Assembly (NCBI RefSeq): GCF_001194135.2
Contig: NC_068988.1
Coordinates: forward strand, 95,674,421-95,738,420
DNA length: 64,000 nucleotides
Direction: 5' to 3'
Source: Octopus bimaculoides
Lineage: Eukaryota
Shown: positions 49,088 to 60,700 of the stretch, one piece after another
Layout of the letters: every line of letters begins with the position of its first letter
Position numbering within the stretch: position 1 is the stretch's first letter
Notes under the pieces: generated by a model
Seen by the model: the letters and a program-made list of their open reading frames with translations, nothing else
Told to the model about the DNA's origin: nothing
Database searches by the model: none
Position numbers and translations under genes: made by a program

Positions 49088-51532
49088 TCTCATGAGAAAT
49101 ATTATTGCAATATTTTATTAATATTTCTCATTTACTATTTCTCCCCTCATTAACTTTTGAAGGACTTTCTGCTGTCCTGAAGGCTCTTGTTATCCAAATC
49201 CTTCAACTTCTGACTTTCTGCTGCTACTAATAAGGAGTTCAGCAAACAAATATCAATGATTTCATTTCTAATTCATTTTCATATCTCTTCTTTGATATTA
49301 TTTTGAAAGCCAGTGTTTGTTTTATTCTTGTTTGATTCCAATTTACAATAAACAGCATTAATACGGATCAGATTTTTTTAAATTCTGATTTTTAAAATAA
49401 TTTGTTTTATTTGAAAATTAGAGTTGTACTGTGATTCTCTCTTAGAATTTGAGGTTTTTAAAAATTCAACTTTTTTTTTTTCTTTGTAAACCCTTCAGTT
49501 TAAATGGAATTTTTTGCTTGAATTATATACTAAACCTCATCTGCCATTTTGGAGGGAATGTAAAATGGAATAAACCTTGCCAGATGAGATTGGAGCCTGG
49601 TGCAGCCTTCTGGCTTGCCAGACCCCAGTCAAACTGTCCAACCCATGCCAGCATGGAAAGCGGACATTAAACGATAATGATGATGATGATTACATGAAAA
49701 TACTCTAAACTTGTATGTTATTGACACACGAGTTATAAGTTTTTCTTTTTTTTTTATATAAAACAACTGTAAGGACATAGTCAATATATTTTGTTTGCTA
49801 TATTGTCTGGATTTACTTGATGGACAGTTAAAATGGCATGAGATAATGTTTGCAAACCATTTAAATATTGCAGGCAACATTTACCGGTTTGATGCCGAGT
49901 TGAAGATAATCTATACAGAAGTGGGTTATGCTTGATTATCAAACTAAAGATGACAAAAATAGTGAAGGGCTGCTAATTAATGATCTTTAAGATCTATAAA
50001 AAAGGGCCACATTTTATCTTCAATACTGTTGGTGTTTATTTGATAGGAACTTAGAAGCTGGATGCCTACTTTCTTAAAAAAAAAAAATTGAAGGCAGCCA
50101 GTGGGTTAATTGGACCACAATGAAATTATTTCTTGTTTCACTTCTGTGCTTTCCCCACAGAATATCTTCCCTAAAGAATTTCTATTTCTGACTGCTAGGT
50201 TTTTCTTTCAACCTGAAGAAGCAATTCATTAATTACATTACCATATTCTCAGCTATGTCCATCTCCGAGTGTAAAAGAGAGAGGATATTAGCATTGCTAT
50301 TCGTTTTGTAATGAAAAGAAAAAGCCGTATTTATAAAATATCTCATTCTCAATGCGTAAAGTTGGCTTTGACATGAGACAATGAGAGATGGTGCCTTTGT
50401 TGATTATGAAAGAATAGAGCTTTATTGGCAGATATGCTTCTTTTCCTGGTGGTATCAGATGGTTATTATTCCATTAAACATTGATGATAACTACATATCT
50501 ATAACCAGTGCAATGTTTTAGTATTGTTTACAATTAATATTTCCTTATCTTGCCTTTGTCCATTGTCTCTCCTTTCCTCTTAACTAAAACAATTATGTTG
50601 GTTGTTGACATTTTTTTTTTTTGGCTTTGAAATGTCAATTCCGTTACAGGAAATGGTAAGCGATTGTTTTAAAAATCTTCTTTTGTTTTATTAATATATG
50701 AAACACTTTTTTTGTTGCAATAGGAGATGTGTTTAATTGGCAATTCTAATGACAAACTGAACCTCTTTCTTATCCCGATAATTAATAGTTTCACACTTTT
50801 TGTTTAGGTGTTGGTTCAGACTCTGGCAGTGATGAGGAAACTCCTTATAAACCAAGCAAAATTACTGACAATGACAGCGATGAAGAATCTGACAATGCAC
50901 TCCATGAACGAATACGACAAAGGCAGCTCTCTCGGCAACAACGCAGAAATTCTGATAACAGTAATTCTGACTCTGATGGTGGCGCAGGTGAGGAATTCTT
51001 ACAACAGTTTCTTAGCTACCAATTCCTACATCATAACAACCAATTCATCCATTTTCTCCACTCGTTATTCCTTAGTCAACCCCTCCAGTGGGTTTTATCA
51101 GAATCATCTGTCTTTAGACATTTCTGCTGGATTCCCAAGTGCAACCAATCAAGACTATGGATATTATCCAACCATCACATTCTTGGTTTACCCCTGGGTC
51201 TCCTGCCAGCTGGCTCAGTTTGAAGAATCTATCTTGTGATTCTTTCCCACAACATTCTCATCACATATCCATAATTCTGAAATTGTGACCCCTCAGTGTG
51301 GAGAGCAGCATGACCAGAGACATTCACTGACCTTCAGATCTATTCTTTTAAAGGCTTTGGTTAGAGGACTACAGTCATGCTGGAGCACCCTGTCAAGTAA
51401 TGTTACTTGCTACATCATACAACCAATAAATCCATTCATAGTGTTGAAAACTCTTAAAGCCCTATGATTTATTGATTTCTGCAACTCCAGAATCCTGAAT
51501 GCCAGAATTAACTTTCTAATTTTCTATGATAT

Positions 51533-51567
<35 letters not shown>

Positions 51568-54500
51568 TGGTGGCATGTAAAAAGCACCATTTGAGCATGG
51601 CTGATGCCAGTGCTTTAAAAAGCATCCACTACCCTCTCGGAGTGGTTGGTGTTAGGAAGGGCATCCAACTGTAGAAACCTTGCCAAATCAGATTGGAGTC
51701 TGGCGTGGCCTCCTGGCCTGCCAGATCTCAGTCAAACCATCCAACCCATGCCAGCATGGAAAGTGGATGTTAAATGACGATGATGATGAAGAATGTCAGA
51801 ATAGATTTTTACAGAGAAAAAAATGGCTTAAGTGTTATGAAGTTGACTTTTATCTATGCTAGACGGTGTAATGCTTACTTTTTCTGTATAAATTTATTAA
51901 AACCATTAAATGGTTAACTACTTTTTGAAGTCTGATGTTCATGCTGGTAAACACGGTCTGGTCCATATTTTACATTGCTTGGAGTTTCTCCCTATCGTAA
52001 TGGAGCACCATTGACATACATAGTGATATGGACATTCCTGACTGAAAAAAAAAATGTAATGATATGGCTAATCTTGATTGTATGTTTTTATTTTTGTCTG
52101 TTTATTACCAAGCATAGTTTTAAGTTTGTCACTGATTACGCCAATTTCGAACATTGGCTTCGTTTACATTAAAATGCCCCCCAGCAGCTCTGTTGCCACA
52201 TTCAAATGCATATTGAGCATATTTAACTTTTCCTTTGCAGTAAACGATTCATAAGTTTTGCCCATACTGACAATAATGGTAATGAGAAATTTTAAAGTTT
52301 GCTTGACATTTTATAAGTGTGAAAGGGATTAAAATTTCGATACTCCATATCAAAGGTTCCGACAAGAATAGGCAGAAAAGAATTCTGTTTACATAATCAG
52401 CTTGATCGGTCACCTTCCTCTGTCGGTTGAGTAAAGTGTCATCCAAGCTAATGTTTATTGGTAATTAAACTTAATTTGCAACACCTGTGCATATTTATCA
52501 GCTTTGTTTTTGTTAGTAATTCTTACCAACTTTTCCTGTGATTGTGATTTGAGAAGACATACAGAAGTATGCTAAAGATCAGACATAGTCTCTTGTGAGC
52601 AAGAAACTTAAAATAAAGTTTATTATAAACAACACAAACACTTCGTAATTTAATAGCTTTCAATGTGATACCTGTTAAACAGAAATTATTTTTATGTAAT
52701 GAAAATTTAATAAAATCTAATCATAAGTAAGTGAAATTATGCTAAATACAACTAAATTGAAAACCTTTTTCCGCTGGCTATATTTGCAATTCTGAAAACT
52801 TTTGGGTGCGAATTTTACATGAGTAGAAGCTTTTATCCTGAAAATCACCTGCATAAATTACACAGGTGCGCAAAATACATTGGTTTTTACGGTATTTGAT
52901 AAAACTCTAAACTAAGTTTCCCATCTCAAAAATCTTTTCTGTTTCAGAGCCAAGTCCTGTTTCATATCGGGAGAAGATGGCCTCAACTAATATTGAAAGT
53001 GGTCTTGATAAATCCTCATATAACATCCCAAGCAGAAAAGACAAGAATTCTGGTCAAGATCTTAGATCTGATGACAATGAAGACAAAAGTTTGGGTGACA
53101 AAATTAGTCTGTCGAAACCATCTGCTGACAGTGGGAAAGACAATCAGAAATTTATTAAGGAGACAAGAACTGTATCAAAAAAAGACTTGAAATCATGTAA
53201 GAAATCTGGTGTAAAATCTGTTAGCAGCAGCAGCGGCAGTAGCAGCAGTTCAAGTAGCAGTAGTAGTAGTAGCAGCTCTAGTAGTAGTGGTGGTGGTGGA
53301 GGTGATGATGATGAAGACGACGATGATGATGATGATGATGATGATGATGGCGGTGGAGAAGGTTATTCTGACTCTGACAGTTCTAATAGTTCGACAGATT
53401 CCTCAAGCAGTGACGGAAGTTCTTCGTCTGGTTCTTCCAGCTCCGATGAAAAGAAGAAGAAATTGGCCAAAGTCTTTCACCATGAGAAGCTGCAGAGTTA
53501 TTTAAAGAAGAAAGAACGTGATGGGAGGTCGAAGCAACACGACTACCCTGATGGGGGTAAAGTTAGCAAAGATGAGTCTAAGAGGCGTGGTGGAAGTGGG
53601 AGGAAGAGTAGTCTTGACGATGACAGGTACCGACGTAGTGGCTCTCGAGACAGTTACGACCGTCAACATAGTCGGGGGTCTGACCGTTACGCTACTAGTG
53701 AGAAATACAGCAGGGAAAGTTCTGAGAGTGGTAACCGACGACACCGAGGGGACAGATTTTCTGATGACAAATACTACCAGAGTAGTCGTAGTGGTCATCG
53801 TAAACCTAGCAAGGAATATTATGAATGTGATTTGGTACCGACAAGAGAAGGCAGCTATAGTAGTGTAGGAAGTTCTACCTCAAAAAGTCGACAGTCGTCT
53901 AAGCGGAGGAGATGTCGGTCATCCTCTGAGAGCGATCACGGTAGCAGCCAAAGACATAATGCTAAATCTAGCTATGACCGGTGGTATGAACAGCGTTCAG
54001 AGCGCTACAAGTATTCTTCAAGAGATAGACGTGATTATGACAGAAGCGGTAAGAGATCAAGTGGCAAATACAAGTCTAGATCCAGATCAAGGTGGGGCTA
54101 CATTTCATTTATCAAATTTTACATATTTCATGTCTTGCTTTTTTTTTTTTTTTTTTTGTGTGTGTCAATTTCTTTCACTCTTGTCTATTTCTCCCCCCAA
54201 TTTAAAAGTAATTTTATTATTGACTGAATTAAATGGGGGAAACTAAACATTCTTCCTATGAATATTTTTTTTTTTATACCTATGTCAATGTAACTCACAC
54301 CTGTCATATTTTACTGTGTCCATGTGGTAGATATGACTATTTTGAAGAGACCAGGTTACATTCATTTACAGCTTATACAGGAAGAGCTGATTTATTATAA
54401 AGGATTAATCAAAATCCTCTCTATTAAATATGAGTGTACTGTTGGTCTGTACAGTGAATATTTATATAAAATTTACAAGGATTGCATTTATAATTAGTAA

Positions 54501-55476
54501 TTCTACAAGAGAACTAATTTCTATTCTATTAAGATGTCCATAACACATCCAAGACAAGTCTGGGCTGTTATGGTTCCTGCCACCTTTATTTTATATTTTA
54601 CTTCAGTCCAACTTAGAATGTTTCATTATAACTGTTAGTATTTGTGTGTATGCATCTGGGTCGTTTCCTGTAACAGGAAATTGGTGCTTGCTTAGTTTAT
54701 TTTGGGGAGGACTTGCTGCTAAATTCATGGTGAGAATAGCATTTCCAAAACTTCAGAAAATTCTTTAATAAGAACATATTTGGGATCAATAATTTAATGT
54801 TTATTTGAAGTTAGGTTATTTATTTGTTATACTCATTATGGTGTGGACATGTTTTCAAATTAAGAAACAAAATTAGTGAACTAATTAACTTACATTTCCC
54901 TAATAAGTAAACAAAGAACTAATTTAATTATAGTTATTTTGTATTCTTTAAGAATATGATACTGACTGACATAGATCCTTTGAAGAAAAAAAAGTGATTT
55001 TTAAGGCTTAAAAGGAGGTGTTGCTATTGTGTTGAAATTTCATCTTAACTGTTCCAGAAACTGTTTGCCTGCTTTGTTTCTTGGAGTCACCTAAATATAT
55101 TAAAAGTGACCAGAGAAGAAACACCTAACCCCTATGGATGTTCTTTGCTGATGGGTAGCATTTGTAATATTCTGTAAATTTTGTATATTTGATAATTTCA
55201 TTAAGGTATACTGGTGGTTCTGTTTTGCTTCTTTTTTTTATTTTTTTTCTTGTTACATTTTGTTATCATTCAAAACAGTAGTATTAGCTGATAGTGTTTG
55301 TGCTTGTTGTTAAATGACATGTTATTTAAAGCCAAACCATCTTGTATTTTTCTGTCGATTGATTGATTATCCATTAAGTATACCCGTCCTTCCATTTGGA
55401 ATCTTCTCGTCTGATGATTTCATGTGATTTTACTTTTTTTTTTCATTTCAGATCAAGTTCCAGATACAGAACTTAG
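29237..55476 (+). CDS. PNISR: Arginine/serine-rich protein PNISR (SFRS18), about 930 aa
   Basis: Exons 29237-29306 (GC donor), 30040-30480, 32080-32270, 33081-33176 (or -33230), 38235-38358, 39233-39459, 40587-40715, 43149-43260, 48963-49016, 50808-50987, 52948-54091, 55452-55476 (TAG); 2793 nt in frame. Diagnostic motifs VDWAELAKQWIAQRE, DATKRKNLPAWIREGLEKMEREKQKKLE, LTEILLDVT, APAKQLANSTALASL; Ser/Arg/Asp-rich C-terminus. The last exon is the least certain. Confidence 0.9.
32353..32500 (+). repeat. Diverged tandem duplication, 74-bp unit x2
   Basis: CTGTTATGAACATTTAA...TGTTTTTCTAATTCATAATTCT begins at 32353 and again at 32427. Confidence 0.8.
32652..32876. mobile_element. Palindromic element with two opposed minimal hammerhead motifs, family C
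   Basis: About 85-nt imperfect inverted arms. Motif on - at 32736-32691 (GACAC CTGATGA C GGCTG..CAGCT GAAACATT GTGTC) and on + at 32786-32831 (GTCAC TTGATGA A GGCTG..CAGCC GAAACGTT GTGTT). The left end recurs at about 57218-57275. Confidence 0.6.
33935..35314 (-). mobile_element. 5'-truncated RTE-clade LINE with (GAT)n tail and 29-bp target-site duplication
   Basis: Open RT C-terminal frame EKLEVVDSFRYLGDQVSS...LYDACVRTTMLHGSETW. (CAT)n tail on + at the left end. TSD GTAATAATTGTTTATCAAAATTTA(A/G)TTGT at 33906-33934 and 35315-35343. Internal N gap. Confidence 0.85.
35602..35829. mobile_element. TTAA-flanked MITE nested inside a SINE
   Basis: TTAA CCC ... GGG TTAA; SINE sequence resumes on both sides. 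Confidence 0.7.
36140..36530 (+). mobile_element. RTE 3'-UTR/tail fragment, representative of many copies
   Basis: GGAAGGGCATCCAGCTGTAGAAAC...CCATGCCAGCATG...GACGTTAAAC(GAT)n. Similar copies near 2186, 9256, 11500-11820, 14617, 25925, 26640, 27570, 29668, 31637, 37338, 41000-41482, 49575, 51565, 57495, 57982, 60875-61610. Confidence 0.8.
38375..38990 (+). mobile_element. Degenerate RTE reverse-transcriptase fragment
   Basis: RFVPGRDTILLARQLQEKYLVKSKLLLLAFVGLKKALDRVP resembles RT domains 2-3; stops and frameshifts follow. Boundaries approximate. Confidence 0.7.
39572..39834. mobile_element. Repeat family A, copy 2, inverted structure with probable target-site duplication
   Basis: About 190 nt in reverse orientation then about 75 nt forward; flanked by direct repeat AATTACACTCAT (39560-39571 and 39835-39846). 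Confidence 0.6.
41571..42998 (-). mobile_element. 5'-truncated RTE-clade LINE, same subfamily as 33935-35314
   Basis: Open RT frame GVHQGSVLSPLLF...ELLYADDLAL...GLRVNLAKTK. About 200 nt of 3' end match copy 1 except for one base. Internal N gap. Confidence 0.85.
47612..47890. mobile_element. Repeat family A, copy 3, hammerhead split across an inversion junction
   Basis: - strand carries TGTG CTGATGA A GGG AAATAA CC; + strand continues GAAATCGCGAT A CACAG plus the family tail. Contains a 10-N gap. Confidence 0.55.
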
Positions 55477-57679
55477 AACAGGTGGTAATTTTTTTTTATT
55501 TAGGTTCCCCTCTCCCTTCCATCTCTTCATGACTCTTACATTGTACAGACATTTCTTATTAAAATTTGTAAATTCATTCCTTTTGTATTTGTTTTGTTTT
55601 CCCACCATCCATCAGTTCTGCAGCTTCTCTCTTTCATCCAGAAAAAAAAAAAAACATTCAGTACTCAACTCCAGAATTAGCTGTGAGATTTTGAGATTAT
55701 GGACATTTTTTTGAGGCAGTGCCCCAGCCTGGCCACAAAAATAAAAGATATTAGACACTGTGATAATTTATATGGACACTAGATCGAGTCCAGTCTTGTA
55801 TTTACTGAAATAGTAATACATTAGTATCTGTTGATGTGGTGGGACTGGCTGGATTCATTCTTCTCTATAGAAACCTCCCTCAAATGACAACCATCAACAT
55901 GAACACAAATACCTGCCCACCCTTTTTTCATTTCTCATCTGCTTGAGATTAATATCTTCTAATTTTCTATTGTTCATTCCCTGGCAGCTAGAAAGAACTC
56001 CATTGTTTTTGGTTATTTACTCCAGTTTAAACCTCTTCCCCTCTGAACGAAAACTAATCTGTCGCTCACTCTGTGATGCTCGATGGGCAGCCAGGACTTC
56101 TCTGCCTGTCTATCTCCCTTCGATTACACTCAGACAATAACTGCCATTGTCAGTGGAATGTTATTTAGATCACAGTTATCCTTCTGCTGTTGTCATGGAG
56201 ACAGAACCAGAAATACCATTCTCTTTCTATCCTTTAATTGCAGACACCATACAATAGCAATGCTGTCATTGTAACATTATTAGGTGACGAGACATTTCTC
56301 TCTTCCGCTGCCATGGAAACAGAGAGCCATCCCATTCTCAACATTGGTTTACATCCATGTAAAAGTGATTCCGTTCAGCAGTGTGAAATTATTTCCTGAA
56401 AAACTTCAGGAAACAGAAGAAACAAAGCAGACTTTTTCTTTTACACATATTTAAGAGGACTTACTATTTCCCTTCCTCTTTAATAAATCTATTGGGTTTT
56501 GATTAAAAAGAAAAGTCTCCTTTGTAAATGGTTTGCCCTTGTTCCTTTACATACAATGTTAAATGAAGTAGTTCCTCACTGACTGGGGCCACAGGGATTA
56601 AATCAAACACTAGATTCTACTTTATTTCATAGCATTTCAGCTTTTTGCTGGGAAATGCTTTTTAAGTTGCAGTTACTTTGTTATTTTTACATTTGCACTT
56701 TTGAGGAGGAAAAAAAAAGAAGTTACTAACAATCAATATCCTTTTCACCTTACAAAGCAGGTGAAATAAGAGGCCTTTACTGAAAAACAAAAAGAAAACC
56801 CAGCTATGGTCCAGCAACAGAAAAGTGGCCTCGCTATAAAACAATGCCTCTATATATTTGATTAAATGATCTGTAGTTTAGTTTTTTTTTTTACAGTAAA
56901 CTACAGATTTCATTTCATTCTAATTTTATCTAAAAACTTTTTAAAATATTAATTCTAATAATTGATGCAGTTACTTGTTCAAATTTTTTCCAAAGTTTGT
57001 AACTGATGCAATTTGTTTTTGGTGCCAACATTAAGAGCAACTGGATTTGGCGGTTGCTAGAAACAAATTTTGACCCCATTTGAAATCGGCTTTAGCATTT
57101 ATGGTCAATGATTTCACTACAACCAATCTCTATTCTGTATGCCTTGTCAAACCGGCCCATGGAAACATTCCAGCCGTTTGGGTTAAAAATATTGTTCTAA
57201 ATACAGTTGTATATTTAAGAGATGAGGAATTATTTACATTTGATGGATATTTTGTCATCTTGTTTGTTCAATATTAACTGCGAAAATGCTGAACACAGTA
57301 TTACGTGGCTGACAAAAGTTTTCATACTGTTAGATCTGAGTTTCTGAGGTTGTTCCAACTTAAATGTTTCTTGTAATTTTTAGTAAGGTTTGATAAGAAC
57401 CTGAATCCCCAGACATGTTAATACTGCTTGAATGAGTGCATATAGATCAAACTAATGTATGGTGTATTGCTGCAGAAGAGGAATTTGATATTAGGAAGGG
57501 CATCTGTCTAGAAAAAATGCCACAACAGACAATTGAAGTGTCTGGCCAACTCCGTGCCAAAGTCTCCAACCCATGCCAGCATAGCAAACGGATATTAAAT
57601 GAGCATGTTGGACGAAACCTGCAAAAATGCCCCAAAACCCAGACATTACAAGAAGAAAATGATAAATTAAGAAACGCTC

Positions 57680-57751
57680 TTTATTAGCAACAAAACTATT
57701 CATTTGAAAACTAACATTTATGAAAATAATTTTGGAATTCAGTGATTTATT
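57680..57751 (-). terminator. Candidate poly(A) signals of SOD1
   Basis: TTTATT on + at 57746-57751 and 57680-57685, i.e. AATAAA 5 nt and about 70 nt after the SOD1 stop. Confidence 0.5.
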
Positions 57752-57755
57752 GAAC

Positions 57756-60700
57756 TTATTTCTCCAATTTTGCAATACCAATCACTCCACAGGCAAGTCT
57801 TCTCCCGGCGTTTCCAGTCGTCTTGCTATCTTTATGACCGCCAAGACCCAAGTCGTCAACGTCTTCATGGACCTGGAGAAATAAATGAAAAACCAAACAG
57901 TCAGCATTTAGATTACTCTGTTAAATGTGATACTCATTCACATTGCTTTCAATTAATTCTACTCAAGAGGGTTATCAACAATCATCATCGTTTAACGTCC
58001 ACTTTCCATGCTGGCATGGGTAGGACGGTTTGGCTGAAGACTGGCAAGCCAAGGCTCCAGCCTGATCTGGATGCCCTTCCTAACACCAAACCACTCCAAG
58101 AGTGTAGTGGGTGCTTTTTTACGTGCCACCAGCACGGGAGCCAATCCGGCAGTAACTAACTTTTGTACCCGTCAGCAGATATTTGAATACCAATGACGCA
58201 ATGTATTTTCAGTAAAAACAGGAAGGTTTGTTATCCCATTTCTTTTGACCGATGTTACTGAAAATACTTTGAATGGCACCCTGAAGATCTCCCCCTCTTT
58301 TTATCAAAATACTCTTCTTCCTCACTGGATAAAAATTCACACACTTCTACATCTCCATCTCATTCATCCTAAGACAAACCACCGTTCTCTTCCTTTTTCT
58401 TTTATATTTTTGAAAAAATCTTCAAGTATAAAATCCTTGAAAGTCAGAATTACAAGTAATTACAAAAATCTCAATCATATTCAGGTTGGAACGGTTGTGT
58501 CTCGTAGCTTTGAAATTTTGATGATGTGATTATTTTTAGAATGACATTGCAGGGTAGGTATGAAAGGCCGGATCCTGGCAAGCTTTATTGCTGAAGGTTT
58601 AAGTGAGGTTTTGTAAAATTGTCAGTGAACTTACCACCAAGGTTCTTCCAACGATGCAGTTTGGTCCATTCAAGCTTATTACAGCATCTTCTATATTCAC
58701 CTTTGCTACATTCTGAGCAGACTCAACATTACCAAGGTCACCAACATGCCTGAGAAGAAGAACAACATTTTTTACATTCAGAAAGAATCATCTAGACCAG
58801 TGGTTCCCACTGGTGGTCTGCAAAGGTAGTACTGGGCAGGCGGGAGGGGTCTGAACTAAATTCAGAATGTTGAGTATGTTACAGAAATGGCTTTTGTAAT
58901 TCAATGCCGTTTCAGTTGTAGACACTGAGTTTATTTTGGTGTAGCAAACTTTCAGCAACGTCAGTGAATGTATCACTCACCGTCTGCTATATATTGGAGA
59001 TGGCAGATTTAATCTGGGTATGTGACTACCGGGTATATGTCATTGGACAAGCTGTAATAAGGGTAAATGTGTCTGACATTGCTGGGACGGTTGTCTCGTT
59101 TTAATATAGTGTTTTTAAATGTGCCTATGAACAGATTTCCTCTCAGACAAAAAACAGCATCATGCCTATCAAAGATGTATCTATGGAAAGAATGATATAG
59201 AAGATGCTTATAAAGATACACAACTATACTAATCTGGTTTCTATGGCACACAGCAAATAAGTTAACTCACTCATCTGTTGCAGGTAGTTGGTTTTTACTT
59301 TTCTTTAGAAGCTAACTCATTACTGTCAGCCAACGGAACACAGGGTTTAGAGAGACATGGCTGCTTACAACAAGAGTGAGAGATAGGAAAGCTTTTACTG
59401 TTGAGAGTTCAATGTTGAGGCCATTAATATAACAGAGCAGCAGTAATTGAGATTAAAGCAGTGGTCATCTATTGCTGTGAATTGGACAGCTGCAGGTGAA
59501 AGGATTCAATTTTAAAACTATACCCACCCAGTCACCCACTACTGCCAAAATTTTTGAAAACATCTGTAATCGAAGCATGAAGTATAAGCTGATGCACATT
59601 TTACATATTAAGAACATACAGAGTGTGTCGGCTAAATTTGACAGTCTGCTTAAAAAGGAAAAGAAAATACCCCAGCCAAAAATAAAAAGTATTTAAAAAC
59701 AAATGAACAAGGTTATGGCTGAGAGATAAGTTTAGTCAAAGTAGCTTCCTTCCCTCAGTTTCCACCACAACCTCAACACAGCTCGCAAAGCTGGCATTCC
59801 TCATTGTGTTTCTCAGAAGATATTTGCACACGTTCATCTTGGCCACTAGCTTGGCCTTGGTATTGCAGAAAGAACGGCTGACACCTCTCGGCGGACGCAT
59901 AGCTCGCTGCTGTTATTCGGAAAGGATCAATGGGCCACGCTTTCGCAGTCCGTATTCATACTGAAAATCGAGATCAAGCGAGCTTTTGCCCTCAACCACG
60001 CCCCACACACGTAGTAATCCATGGGATTACAAAAGCAGGAAGAGGGTGAGAAGGCCAGAAAATTGAGGGGGCTGATGAAATTCTGACAATCACTTCTAAA
60101 ATCTTTCTGGAGCTATGGCAAGGAATCAAATCTTGCTGCCACACATATGACCTCCCAGTAGCAACCCTCTCCAATCAGGGATTGACCACAGTCTCCAGTT
60201 GCTTCACATAGCTGTCTGAATTGAGCCCAAGGCCCTGTTCAAAGATGTTGGGCAGCATGACCATCTTCACTGGAGACACCAAAAGACTAATCGCAGTTCG
60301 TGTGTCATCATGATACAGGTAACTCCCCTAATATTCAGATGGCTTCCTGTCCTCCATCTCCACTAACTTCCCAACAACAACTAATTCTTGTGCTCTCCAA
60401 TGCTGTTCACCAAAACATCAAGCTGTTCCTGAATAAAGATATCTGACCTCATCCAGCTCTACAATAGTTATGGAGCAGCACACATTCGGTGTTTAAAAAA
60501 AAACTCTAAAAAATATTTACCTAGTTTCTTTAGTAGGACCACCATGTTCTTTACCCTCTGGGTTGAAATGTGCACCAGCACTCACACATCCTGTATTTCA
60601 AAGAAAATTAGATTAGATTAGGTTTTTAAAATCAACTGTCCATTATTAACCCTACAAAGTCAACTCCTATGGAATTTGAACTCAAAATGTAAAGAGAGAG

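Noticed and set aside
50808-51239. 143-aa ORF in the track
   Set aside because: Wrong frame of the PNISR exon 50808-50987 running on into intron.
57756-57773. AKL near the SOD1 C-terminus as a peroxisomal PTS1
   Set aside because: It is followed by EK before the stop; PTS1 must be terminal.
55452-57872. Synteny with the human SOD1-SCAF4 tail-to-tail pair
   Set aside because: PNISR is not a SCAF4 homologue; the resemblance is only that both are SR-related.
57770-58159. + strand 129-aa ORF as an extra PNISR exon
   Set aside because: It is the antisense shadow of SOD1 exon 5 running into MITE and RTE-tail sequence.
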